From: Octopus bimaculoides
Taxonomy: Eukaryota
Assembly: GCF_001194135.2 (NCBI RefSeq)
Contig: NC_068988.1
Span: 91,056,371 to 91,098,036 of the forward strand
Reading direction: 5' to 3'
DNA: 41,666 nucleotides
In this document: one piece after another, positions 1 through 12,343 of the stretch
How the letters are laid out: each line of letters opens with the position of its first letter
Position numbering within the stretch: position 1 is the stretch's first letter
The notes under the pieces: generated by a model
Database searches by the model: none
What the model was told of the DNA's origin: nothing
Seen by the model: the letters and a program-made list of their open reading frames with translations, nothing else
Translations under genes and position numbers: made by a program

Positions 1-103
1 GCGTGTGTGTGGGTGGGTGTGTAAGTTAATTCAATTGAAGCAATTGTTGGATTTTTAAGGTGTGATCTAAAGAAAAACCATGATTTTCTTCGTACATATT
101 TGT

Positions 104-182
<79 letters not shown>

Positions 183-320
183 CACGTGTGTGTGTATTTG
201 TGTGTCTGTGTGTGTGTATACATACATGCATACTCACACACATGCATATATATATATACATACACACACAAACACATACACACACGTACAACATGCATAC
301 ATACATACTTACATATATAT
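1..320. repeat. Compound (TA)n/(TG)n/(CATA)n microsatellite
   Basis: Visible dinucleotide and tetranucleotide runs; they explain the YIYI/CVCV/HTHT ORFs. Confidence 0.95.
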
Positions 321-789
321 GGATAAGTTAGCAGAAAGTTCTGGGATGGTAGTAACATTGATAACGAAAGCAGTCTATCATGGACCAATAACCGCTTGCT
401 AACTTCTACTTTGAAGGGAATGCGTTTGCTATCCGGGAGCAGAAAATACCAAGTGTTATGTCTTAGGGAACTTGAATATCTCGTCGCCAATTATGTTATG
501 ACGACGTTGGGCTATGCAAAGGGTGTAGGAATAGTATTACCCAAATAAATATTTGGATATGGTTATGTAAAATAACCTTTCTCAGAATTAATATATTTAC
601 ATAGAACGTGCTCCGTACTACGCCCAACGTAGGTACAATATTAAACTAACATAGTAACCCAATACGAACGATCAATGCTGTCAACTACACGCTTTCAACT
701 GCTGACTGTCAACTACCGACTGTTCACACAGTTTCTTTATTTTATTGAAATGAGTTAGTCCACTTTCAGTCGTGTGGAGGTGGTCAGAA

Positions 790-1400
790 TCCTTCCACAA
801 CACCAACCAAATACCTGATGCACAGAAGGGACGCAGATGCAGGAAAAGCCCCAAAATGTGAGAACCAATGCAGACTTTGTGGAGTTCACACCGAAGACAT
901 CAACCACATCATAAACATCTGTCTAAAATTGATATCGCGGTATTATCTACCGATGAAGCATGATGTAGTCAAGACACTGTTTAAAGAGATACGTTGGAAG
1001 GATAACTCCGAGGCCCAAAAAATAAGAACTCACAGTATGGTAGCGGCCATAACCACACATAATGCTCCAGTGAATGTTTCGATGAAGGTTGTAGGGAAAA
1101 CCTCAATTAAATGTAAACATTATAGACCTGACATAGTGATTTGAGACTGAGGAACGAAATTGTGTACAGTAGTGGAAATTAGCTGCCCGATGAGGCTAAA
1201 GGTCAGTGAAAAAGAAGATACCTACGCTGAGCTATTGAGAAATTTGCTGCTACTCTACCCAGATTACAAGTTCAAGTTTATACCTGTAATTAATGGGGCA
1301 CTGGGATATTCAACACATTGCCTCAGTACCAAATCTGATTCGAAGACTAAATCCAAGCTATCACTGGAACTGTAAAAATTTGTAACACTTTCCGGAAGAT
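790..1400 (+). mobile_element. Decayed 3' part of an RLE-type (R2/NeSL/R4 group) non-LTR retrotransposon: CCHC zinc knuckle plus restriction-like endonuclease
   Basis: CRLCGVHTEDINHIINIC zinc knuckle; RPDIVI...VEISCP...EKEDTYAEL...FIPVINGALGY endonuclease motifs; stops and frameshifts. Confidence 0.85.
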
Positions 1401-1759
1401 TATATATATGCGCATATCTAGACATGCAAATATATGCATGAGAATAAATGCATTAAACAAAACATACACATCTGCATATGCATTGACACCAAATAATTCA
1501 CATATGCACACAAATGCAAAAATACCCTGTTGATGTTCTTGAAATTCCAATGAAGGAGCCTTGGATCTTGACTAGAACCCAACACTTTCAATATTGGCAA
1601 GAAATCTTGAAATGCACAGAAGAAATAACATGGTATATAAAAAAAGGCATCGGAGGAGCGATGCGTACCCTGCGCGCAGATAATTTTTTTCGCAAATTAT
1701 ATTGTGGCTTACAATGTATTGCTCACCCATGCTTTTTAATTGAACTGAATTAATTTTTT

Positions 1760-1825
1760 TTAACCCATTACCTCCCATAATTTTTAAGTGATCTCATATG
1801 AGACCACTGGCAGGTAATGGGTTAA
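1760..1825. mobile_element. 58-bp piggyBac-like MITE with TTAA target duplications
   Basis: TTAA(1760-1763)-CCCATTACCTCCC...GGCAGGTAATGGG-TTAA(1822-1825); TIRs match 12/13 and start with CCC. Confidence 0.75.
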
Positions 1826-2169
1826 GTATCACTATTATAGATATTTGTACTCCGGTGAAATTAAGAAATCAAGCCGTAAATAATCGAAATCCTCGAACCT
1901 ATCACTGTACACACACACACACACGTACGCGCAAGCGCACATGCACGCACGCACGCACGCACCTATACACACACATACACTCACAGTCGTATATCTATGT
2001 ATTTATGTATGTAGGTATGTATGCACACGTGTCTATGCGCATAGGTACACCATGATCTATATACACACAGACGAAGGTCAATTCATACAAAAAAAAGACA
2101 GGGAACAAAATAATATGTCCACTTTATAAGTCCGATTTTTTAATTTAATTAAATTTTGTTTTTAAAAGA

Positions 2170-2340
2170 TAATCAAACCAAATGTTCATTATTCCCAACC
2201 ACTCACACAATGAGAATTTCTGCCAAATGTAGTGAAAATCCGTTCAACGATTTTCCAGTAATTTTGCCAACATACAAACAGAGAAAGACGAGTGATTACA
2301 ATATCATGCTCCCGCTTACGCGCATGGGGTGATAAATAAC
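2170..2340 (+). mobile_element. Possible 3' end of a non-autonomous Helitron/Helentron (HINE-like)
   Basis: AAATCCGTTCAACG...ACAAACAGA followed by a GC-rich imperfect hairpin and TGATAAATAA; layout resembles HINE 3' ends (recognised from memory only). Confidence 0.3.
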
Positions 2341-2442
2341 TCAGCACCTGATATTTTCAAGTGTTCGTGTTTGTACATATGCGTATGTGTATGCGTGTGT
2401 TGTGTATGTACGTGCGTAAGTACATACATACATATACATACA

Positions 2443-2485
<43 letters not shown>

Positions 2486-2599
2486 TTACGCACATACATA
2501 CACAACAGAGAAATATTACAAGTGAATAAAGGCTGATCACTTTTGCCCAATCAGAAAACAGTATTTGAGCGTAAAAACTGTTAAGGGATAGTGAGAGAG

Positions 2600-3010
2600 T
2601 GAGAGAGTGAAACGATACAAAAGTCTCTCATAGGATTCAGAGCCCTGGAAACGTTGTGCATCTGCAACGTGAGTTGGATACAATATACAGGTGGGCTGAG
2701 GAAAATAACATGCAATTTAATGCTGGAAAATTCCAAGCCCTCCTCTACCAACACAGTAAGCTCGATGAAAAGTAACCCGAGAGGGATTCCAGTCCCTAAA
2801 TCAAAATCAGTGCGTAACCTACGCATCGACATGAGCAACGATGCATCTTAACAGGTGCACATTACAAAGTTGGCAATAAAATGCAGATGTCTGGATGAGT
2901 GGAACCTTCAAACTTTCAAAACAAGAGAAAAGGAAGCTATGATAGTCCCCTAGAGAACTTTTGTTCTCAGCCGTCTGGATTACTGCTTCCAACTGCGCTC
3001 ACCAAAGAAT
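2600..3010 (+). mobile_element. CR1/L2-clade LINE fragment, C-terminal part of RT
   Basis: Frame reads HLQRELDTIYRWAEENNMQFNAGKFQAL and later FVLSRLDYCFQL; disrupted. Confidence 0.75.
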
Positions 3011-3689
3011 AAAATTAACGACAGAACTTGTAAAAGATAAGTGGTGTTTATATATCACACTATTAGTAAACATGTTTAAGGCGGCGAGCTGGCAGAATCG
3101 TTAGCACTACTCATCTCTTTCTCTCTCTCTCTCTCTCTCTNNNNNNNNNNNNNNNNNNNNNNNNNNNNNNNNNNNNNNNNNNNNNNNNNNNNNNNNNNNN
3201 NNNNNNNNNNNNNNNNNNNNNNNNNNNNNNNNNNNNNNNNNNNNNNNNNNNNNNNNNNNNNNNNNNNNNNNNNNNNNNNNNNNNNNNNNNNNNNNNNNNN
3301 NNNNNNNNNNNNNNNNNNNNNNNNNNNNNNNNNNNNNNNNNNNNNNNNNNNNNNNNNNNNNNNNNNNNNNNNNNNNNNNNNNNNNNNNNNNNNNNNNNNN
3401 NNNNNNNNNNNNNNNNNNNNNNNNNNNNNNNNNNNNNNNNNNNNNNNNNNNNNNNNNNNNNNNNNNNNNNNNNNNNNNNNNNNNNNNNNNNNNNNNNNNN
3501 NNNNNNNNNNNNNNNNNNNNNNNNNNNNNNNNNNNNNNNNNNNNNNNNNNNNNNNNNNNNNNNNNNNNNNNNNNNNNNNNNNNNNNNNNNNNNNNNNNNN
3601 NNNNNNNNNNNNNNNNNNNNNNNNNNNNNNNNNNNNNNNNNNNNNNNNNNNNNNNNNNNNNNNNNNNNNNNNNNNNNNATATATATATA

Positions 3690-6566
3690 TATATATATAT
3701 ATAAAGATGAGAATGTGTGTCTGTTAGTCTGTCTGTGTGAATCCCTAAAACTTGAAAACTACACAACCAATTTCATTCAAATTTTACACATGCCTTATTT
3801 ACTGTGTAGGTAGTGTTTTAGGCCCCCCCAAAATACACATACATACATACGTACAAATACACCCATACATACAAATACACCTATACAAACAAATAAACAC
3901 ATACATACAAATACCTGTCCATTTTTTTCAAATACGATCCACTCTTTATTAAAACACATTTACATTTCCATACAAACTGTGAGGTTTTTCAAAACAAACT
4001 GTGAGTTTTTGGAAAATCTTCTTTCACACATTTACTTACTACCATATATATATACACACAGAATACATGCTCGTACATACATACGTACAAATGCACACAT
4101 ACATACAAATAAAAACATACATAAAAATACCTGGCAGTCTTTTCCAAACTACCATATATATATATATATACAGAATACACACTAATACACACTAATACAT
4201 ACATACATACATACATACTAACATATATACATACATACTAACATACATACATACATACAAATACACACATACAAATGCACATACATACATACATACATAC
4301 GTACATAATACATACATACATACGTACGTACATACATACATACATATATACATACATATATACATACAAATACACACATACATACTAATACCTTTCAGTT
4401 TATTGATTTATCTACCGCTTCTTATCACCTTTTCCCCCTTCAATTTTACGCATACTTTCCAAGACAATTTCTCTGTACTTTCACCCTTTCTTTCGGATAT
4501 TCAATGCCACCGAAAAAGAGAAGTCGCCTCAGTCGCCATACTGCGTCAGTTAAAGGCGATTAGAGCAAACGAGTCCTGCGACCAAACTGCTTTTACACTT
4601 TCACAGAGCTCCTTACGTGCAGCGCAATTTGTCCATTATCATTTGAAAGTGTGCCTTCTGCTACCGCTGCGAGACCTTCACACGACCAACACCAGCTACA
4701 TACTACGTTGCAGTGAAACAGTCGACAGGAAGAAGCTGCCCGCAGTGTGACGAGTACCAACAGCCATTACTGGCACCTACGGGCTTTCAAGTATGAGCCA
4801 AACTTTAATTACTCCATCCGCGCTGACATAAATATAGGGGAAATGTGCTTCAATTGCCAATTCTGAAATGCTAAAATGTGGGCTGGGGAGACACCTGGAA
4901 TGTGCTGCTTAAACGGTAAGGTCAGTTTGCCCCCTCTTCCAGAACCGCCACAGCCTTTGAAGGAACTACTTACTGCTTCTACCACAAGGTCATCAAAATT
5001 CCTTCAAATCATCAGAAATTACAATTGTGCGTTTCAGATTACTTCTTTTGGGGCTAACGTTGTCACAGACAGTAGTTGGATGCCTACTATCAAGGTCCAG
5101 GGACAGATGTACCATCTTATTGTGTCGCTCCAGTCACTACAAAATTGCAAGCCTTCGTTCCTTCAAATTTACTTCATTTCCAACTACAGTAGGCAACTTG
5201 ATGTGCGGTTCGGCATTATTCCATCACCTGCAAACACTGATGCTGACACTTTTGACAGGGACGTTCTACTCAGTCTGCAAAACATGCTTCATGAGCACAA
5301 CAGCTATATTCGCAGTTTCAAATACGCCTTGCAAACAGCCCCTTCACCAAACTTCACCATTATCATCGATGCTGACAAAAGACCTTCTGGGGAGCACGCA
5401 CCCCGTTATAACACTCCTTCGTGCAATGAAGTCGCTGTACTTCTCCATAGTGAACAGCACAATAAGCAAGACATACTTATTCATAGCCATGACAGTCGTC
5501 TTCAACTATAGCTGATACAGAACGTGCGTGTCTTAAGTGATCCACATTGTGGCCCCTGGTGAAGACTCTCAAACGTTACTATTTCACTTCCGTACAACTC
5601 TCAAAGGATCAACAATATGACAACATTTACATTTTTAAGCGTTTCCCTACAATTACTTCACACTTCACCAACACCTAACCTCCACTCAGCTCTATTTCCC
5701 TACCTTCGTCAGCACAGCAGATTCATCTTCTACATCCGACGTACATGAAACATCTCCCCCCTTTCATCTCCTCTCTCAACATTACAGTTTACATCAGCAG
5801 CAACAGGATCGCAACATATAATTTGAAAACCAAGCAACATATCATTTTATACAACAACAAATGTCATCATAATGACGATCAATGATACAAACGGATAAAA
5901 ATAGTTACATGAAGTAACCTTCTCTTACACGCCATTATAATTTACATCAAATAACAAGTCTTTAAAAGTCGATAAAGCTAAATACATACACCCTCTCTCT
6001 CACCATTATATTTTACACCATTACATTTTACATCAAATACAAAATATTCAAAAATAACAGGTCATTTTACACATCTCCATGACAGAGGTGTTGTGATTCA
6101 TCTATTCAGCACCACTACACTCTTGCCGGTCTGAAATATGGTGACTAGATGCTATTGTTGTATATTTTCAAACTTACCCATGATTAATCCTCCTCTTTCC
6201 CCCATAGGGCATCTGTTCTGTTTTCACAGAACATGAAGTTTTGTAACAGCACGTCCACTACTGTTGGTGGAAAAGGAATACGCCGTATTCATCTGCGAAC
6301 GTTTTGCACACCCTTCCAGGACTACCTACCAAATTGTTACAATTGTGAGAACGATAACACAGCCTTTTCAGGGCCACCTCACATTCTATTGTTACCCCTT
6401 CTTAGAGAGTTGCAATGCTCTTTGCAGGGCTTTCTATCCAGTTGCAAATCGATTGGTTGGGCGTTAACTTATATCAATCTTTGCCTCAATAATCATAATT
6501 GAAAAGAAACCTTAACAGTACTTTAAAGTAATTCAGCCTTGAGCAACGCCGGGCACTTCTGCTAGT
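3690..6566 (+). mobile_element. Helitron A: internally deleted element carrying a RepHel N-terminal remnant
   Basis: 5' region TATATATAAAGATGAGAATGTGTGTCTG... next to a gap; RepHel N-terminal ORF; 3' degenerate hairpin GAGCAACGCCGGG followed by CTAG|T at 6562-6566. Confidence 0.8.
4810..5511 (+). pseudogene. Helitron RepHel N-terminal fragment (zinc finger plus Helitron_like_N region)
   Basis: CCLNGKVSLPPLPEPPQPLKELL, IRNYNCAFQITSFGA, IKVQGQMYH, FLQIYF, RYNTPSCNEVAVLL; Rep catalytic and helicase domains absent. Confidence 0.9.
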
Positions 6567-6574
6567 ATATATAT

Positions 6575-6950
6575 ATGAGAAACTCAGACACTGCCATGTA
6601 GCTGGCAATGGACCTCAATGACTTGGATAGATAGTTGTCAATCATGGCCTGGATATCACCAACTAATTCAGGAGTTCTTTTCTTATCAGAACGATCAGAA
6701 AAAGTTTTCTGAGCTGCCGTCCCATCGTAATCACCATTAGACTCATCCAACTCTTTACGAACCCCCTGCACTGTCCCCAGATCGACACTCAAATACTCTG
6801 AAATATTCGGATTGGAGCGCCCGGCGCGAATGCCAAGCAGTACAGCACGTCATTTCCAAATATCTGGCAGAGTGAATTGCATCATGGTGATGTTTTTTCC
6901 ACAGACGGTGCCCAGCTGACCCTACTATACTGTGTAGTTGGGAAAATCAA
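6575..6950 (-). mobile_element. Tc1/mariner-superfamily transposase N-terminal (HTH) fragment
   Basis: RSDKKRTPELVGDIQAMIDNYLSKSLRSIASYMAVSEFLI, a paired/homeo-like HTH; truncated at the Helitron end. Confidence 0.65.
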
Positions 6951-7203
6951 AAGCAAACAATGCGCATGCACGAAATTGAATTTATAAAATGACGACAATT
7001 TATCCATCGCACGCTGTATACCTGTGTGTATGNNNNNNNNNNNNNNNNNNNNNNNNNNNNNNNNNNNNNNNNNNNNNNNNNNNNNNNNNNNNNNNNNNNN
7101 NNNNNNNNNNNNNNNNNNNNNNNNNNNNNNNNNNNNNNNNNNNNNNNNNNNNNNNNNNNNNNNNNNNNNNNNNNNNNNNNNTATATATATATATATATGT
7201 GTA

Positions 7204-8441
7204 CAAGGGTTGGACAAAGTAATGGAAACACCTTAAAATTTCAAACAAATTTATTTTAACATAGGGTAGGACCGCCTTTGGTAGTAATTACTGCTTGAAT
7301 TCTACGAGGTATGGACTCGTACAAAGTTTGAATGGTTTCCAAAGGAAATTTTGTCCATTCTTCAGCTAAAAACAGTCTCCAGTTCTTGTAGTGATGCTGG
7401 TGGAGGATATCTACTTACTTGTTTTTCTAAATTGCACCATAAATGTTCAATAATATTGAGATCTGGGGACTGTGGTGGCCAGATAGAATGTTCAATTTTA
7501 CTAGAATCTTCCTCGTGCCGTTCAGTAACAACTTTAGCTGTGTGAATTGGTGCATTACGATTCTGAAAGATTGCGTTCTCTTCCGGTAACAGTTCCGCAA
7601 CCATAGGATGAATTTGATCAGGTAAAATGCTTAAATAGTCTTGACTATTGATTTTGCCATGAAGGGAAGGAAACCATTGGAAACCCCCCACCCAGATCAT
7701 CACAGATCCTCCTCTATGTTTAACAGTGAGAAGAAGGCAGTCTGGGTCAAATGCTCCTTTTGACTGTCACATGTATACTCGGCCGGTGGTCGGAAATAAG
7801 GTGAAGGATGACTCGTCCGAGAAAATAACATTTTTTCACTGCTCTAGGGACCAATTCTGTAGGTTTTTACTCCACGCTAAACGCTTTGCAACGTCTGTTT
7901 TTGAAAGTAGTGGTTTTCTAATTGCAGCCCTCCCGTGAAATCCGGCCTTGAGCAGCTCTCGGCAAACATTCGAGGTGGTCATTAAGCTCTGCAGTAATTT
8001 TGAGAGCTGTACTTTTGTGATTCTTTCTATCAATTCGCGCAAGAGTCTGACGGTCCCTATCTGAAAGTTTTGGTTTTCTTCCGGAGTTTTGTTTCAACGA
8101 TGAGATTTTTCCATCTTACTCAAAGTCTGTCATTACTTTCGAGGCAGTACTTCTTGATACACCAAACATTTCGGCTGTTTCGTTACGCTAGCGCCTGCCA
8201 TACGAGCGCCAACAATTTGACCTCTTTGAAAGTCCGATAGATCTGCCATTTTAATGAATTTTAATTACCTTCTTCTGATGATATCTGAAAAGAAACAGCA
8301 ACTTTAGCAAAACATATTAAGCAGCACTAATAATAAATTTTAAAAAAACATAAAAATAAACAAGCTTTTGGCAGTTTTATAGATATTTCAAAATTATGAT
8401 GCTATGATGCTAGGTGTTTCCATTATTTTGTCCAACATCTG
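7204..8441 (-). mobile_element. Full-length but inactive Tc1 (DD34E) transposon
   Basis: TIRs CAAGGGTTGGACAAAGTAATGGAAACACCT / AGGTGTTTCCATTATTTTGTCCAACATCTG with TA at 7202-7203 and 8442-8443; motifs IFSDES, FQNRNAPIH (second D mutated), WPPQSPDLNIIEHLW; stops and frameshifts. Confidence 0.95.
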
Positions 8442-8716
8442 TATATACATACATTCATACATACATACATATATATACATATACNNNNNNNNNNTATACA
8501 TATATATATATATATATATAAAGCAGTTGTTTACTGTCAACTTCATGTGACAGACCCATTAAGGGAATCATACTGCTGCTATTTAGCCCTGGAAGCTAGA
8601 CCGCTTCCTGTTGGCCTTGACACATTTCCTGTGTCCTTATATTTGTGAAGAGGAGACAAGCTTCCCCACCCAGCTTTAGTCTGCATTCAGGGGCATGTTT
8701 CTGAGTCACTGCTCGT

Positions 8717-9284
8717 CATATGCATACGTACGTAAATAACCAGTAATCTATACATATAAATGTTCACTGATACATATATATACATATACACATATAAATG
8801 TTTGCTCATGCTGATGCTATGAAAATGCTGTCAAACGAAAAAGATTGTTTATTTCTAGATGCTCGGAGAGAAAAAGGAAGGCGAGGTTATTTGAGTGCTA
8901 TAGATAGGAATTATGTTGCAAAGCAGCAGAGGAAACGCAAACAGGTAGAAGAGAAGAGAAAAGAAGCAGAGATTCTTCGTAAAGAAGAGCAATCACTTGT
9001 TACTTTGGAATATAGCAGTGATGACAGCTGTGGTGATTCTAATAACGAAAAACAACTTGCATCATCCAAAACTCCTCCCAGTAAAAAATCAAAAACTCAT
9101 GATAATATCAGCTGATTTGGCTTAGAGTTGAGCCAAAATAAACGATTGCAGGGCAATGTTAGAAGTATCTGCCATTGCTTCAGCCTGTGGAAAAGATCTT
9201 CCATATGCATACGTACGTAAATAACCAGTAATCTATACATATCAATGTTCACTGATACATATATATACATATACACATATAAAT
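8717..9284 (+). repeat. 83-bp direct repeat (8717-8799 and 9202-9284) bracketing a 402-bp insert
   Basis: CATATGCATACGTACGTAAATAACC...CACATATAAAT occurs twice with one mismatch. Confidence 0.9.
8800..9201 (+). mobile_element. Fragment of a probable DNA-transposon ORF (family not assigned)
   Basis: DCLFLDARREKGRRGYLSAID and downstream MLEVSAIASACGKDL resemble motifs I recall from invertebrate transposon-derived proteins. Confidence 0.4.
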
Positions 9285-9287
9285 ATA

Positions 9288-9395
9288 TACACGTGTCTGT
9301 GGAGTGCTCAGCCACTTGCACGTTAATTTCACGAGCAGGCTGTTCCGTTGATCGGATCAACTGGAACCCTCGTCGTCGTAACCGACGGAGTGCCA
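9288..9395 (+). mobile_element. 3' body of the same SINE family as 24277-24585
   Basis: ACACGTGTCTG(T/C)GGAGTGCTCAGCCACTTGCACGTTAATTTCACGAGCAGG shared with the end of the 24277-24585 copy. Confidence 0.8.
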
Positions 9396-9751
9396 ACAAC
9401 AAATATCTTAGCGTTGTCCCAGATGTCAGTTATTTCTAAATACACAATATTTGATGATTTTACTGTTTACTTATGTGTAAGATAGAAAAGGTGACATAAT
9501 GCATCTCTAATTGAAGAGAGTTCTTTTACTACTAATCTTTCCAATCATATATCCAATTAGTCACACCTGCTTTTCACTTCTTTTCTTTGAAATAGACGTG
9601 TTTAATTAAAACCCATCGGCAGTGTAGTGGTGACTCATCTACACACGACAAAAGCTATAACAATACTGATTAGGTAATACAGCCAACGGCGTGGAGTGAA
9701 GCGTAGGCTCATACAGGCAGGGAGAGGAGGAGCTCATTTGCCCGATATATG

Positions 9752-9800
<49 letters not shown>

Positions 9801-10603
9801 CGCGTGTGTGCGTGTGTGCGTGTGTGCGTGTGTGTGTATGCCTCATTGCTCAGATGATTTGGTCATTGCACTAACTATTTCACATATTGATAAATCGAAT
9901 ACTTTCACTATCTCGATCAGAAGCTATTTATTCCGTTAAGTTTTATTTCATGCTGAAAATAAAATATTTAATCGATTGGTGGCAACACTAAATACTATGG
10001 AAATTTCTTCAGATTTCAGGCAACATGAGAGTAACTACATCTAATTCGAAATCAAATTACTAGGTACCATTGGTACAGTTGTCATAAGAAGGCTAAGATA
10101 CGTTTCTTAATTAAGATCATAGAGTAAATTACACAAGTGTTAAGTGATGAAATTAAACCCAAAAACAAACTCAAGGAAAACCGAAGCAAAAGGAAAGCAA
10201 CAGAAACAAACTAAAAATGAAAATGAAAGTAAAAAATGAAAAATTAAGAAATGGATAAAAAAATAAAAAAATAAAAGCGATATCTTTTTGTCACCAAATA
10301 AAATAGAGAGAAGGGAAACAGAAGGGAAATCTATAATTCAAGCAATTAAGAACATTGACAATCGTTATTTTATTTAAATATGCATTATCTTTGACCTGTT
10401 GGACGAGGTAGGTGTAGGAGTATATATTATCCACAGAGTGCATGATACCAATTCCAGAGCAACTAAACAAAGGAACAACTCTTTCAAGACCCACAAAAAT
10501 TCGTTACCCTAAAGACAAGATATTCCACTTTAAATTTATATAGAAATTGTATTCACCTGTAAAAAAACAAAGAAAAAACAAAACAAATAGGAATCTCTCT
10601 CAT

Positions 10604-10643
10604 TCAAGACGCAACATCTCCCCAAATCGAGGTCATCAGTTGA
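10604..10643 (-). ncRNA. Degenerate type I hammerhead ribozyme candidate
   Basis: Minus strand TCAA-CTGATGA-CCT(CGATTT)GGG-GAGA-T-GTTGC-GTC-TTGA; intact CUGAUGA core, GAAA mutated to GAGA, GUC site, 4-bp stem I. Confidence 0.4.
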
Positions 10644-10659
10644 CGCTACACACGAGAAA

Positions 10660-12150
10660 TTTTAACCGTAATGACCACTTCGGACAGGATCGACCACAAT
10701 TGATGTTGTACCAAAATTTATAACTACTATGGCAACTTTAAACAGGTTCGACCACAACCAAGAAACTACAGTAGACCAAGATTGTCAGAAGAGCAGTCAA
10801 CAGGAATATTAATGCATTGAATCAAAAACCGAGGAGTTACTTTTTAGACATAGTAAATAAAAACCAAGATACTCGATGGCACAGACCGAGTGTAAGATTC
10901 CGAAGTTTATAAATCTTTCACATATAAATCTGTCAACGCAACAATAAAAATTTTCTCGAAGGGATTAAATTTCACCCATAACCACAAAATTCCAATGTCT
11001 AGGAATTTTGTAGGAAACTCAGCGCAGCGGAAGAATTATTTGACAATGATCGATCAATCTTCATAGTATAATTAATTACAGTCCGACAAAAGGTAAAAAC
11101 CAAACTGTGAACACATTGTGTGATTTTGTAACCAATCTCTCCTATAATTTACTACCACATCCGAAATCTAAACCAAATACCAGCCAAGAAGAATGGGAAA
11201 TCTTCAATGATCTTAAGGGTAATAACAATAAAGTTATTAAAAATGCTGATAAAATTTGTGCTATAGTCATTATGAATTGGATCAGTACATAAACACTGCA
11301 CCAGCTCTTCTTATTATGAAAAAGTTGGCAATTACCAACAATTCAAAATAATGAAAATGCATACTATCCTCATCGAACAGTTTCAAAAACGGCTTAACGG
11401 AATAGGAAAAAGCCTCTTTAACATCGATGTGGGAAAGAATTTATCATTGAATGATTAAAGTTCATCCTACAAAATAATTTATTTAACATCAACGACAGCA
11501 CCTACAGACAAATATCTGTGACTGCTAAGGTTGACGGAAGTAGCCTCCATTTTTACCAACTTTGTCATGTCATACTAAAAAGTTCAAATATACGAACACA
11601 TCAGAATGAAATTCGGCAATGACTTCCATAACTACTTACTCGCCAACTGGTGAGTGTGATGGGATTACGTAGCAGTGTGTGGCGGGGATTTCATAGGTCA
11701 AACGAGCTTGAATTTGAGGGTCGGGATGACAGTACACAAGCAAAAGATTCGTGATCCCACAACTAGGAAAATTCCGTAAGTAAACATCTAGATCTGAGCT
11801 CCACGAACAAACATCCGAAATACCAAATATTCCCTCTATATCAATGCCCCGGAAACACTTCAGCCCACTTCTAATTAAACAAGGAAAATATTTTCATTAA
11901 GAAATATGAACCATAACTTAATACTCTATAACAAAACACCAGATTGAGAAAACTCAATTTATTCACGAAAAACGACCGAAAACAACGAATATAAATCACA
12001 AGTTGAAGTAACGGGCTGCCTCCTGGACTTGAAACCCTAACTTCAAACTGCAGTAAATTAACAACTTGCACCTTCTCAAACACCAGTTTCTGGCGTCAAC
12101 TTAGACTTAACCAATTAGACGTTTTCTGATCAAAACTGGATTCTCGGGGG
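10660..12150 (+). mobile_element. Heavily decayed Penelope-like retroelement
   Basis: KFINLSHINLS near 10905 and EWEIFNDLKGNNNKVIKNADKICAIVIMN near 11190-11280 match the pre-RT region of PLEs; boundaries approximate. Confidence 0.55.
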
Positions 12151-12343
12151 AAAAAAAAACATTGAGCTGACCAAAGCCAGTGTCTTCTTAAGAAGTCAAT
12201 CAACCGGAACGCTGGGCGACTGTCAAACAAAAATGGGTTACCAAAGCCTTACTCAAAAACAAATAATGCAGAAAATCAATGAACCAGAGCACCGGATCTC
12301 TTCTGGTCAAAAAATGTGATTAAAAAAAAAGCGGATTAAAAAA

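Noticed and set aside
26-490. ORFs rich in YIYI, CVCV, HTHT or RERE here and throughout the window
   Set aside because: They are translations of dinucleotide and trinucleotide microsatellites.
3107-3766. Long ORFs containing X runs (also 14087-15316, 24456-25508, 34541-35302 and others)
   Set aside because: They stay open only because N bases cannot form stop codons.
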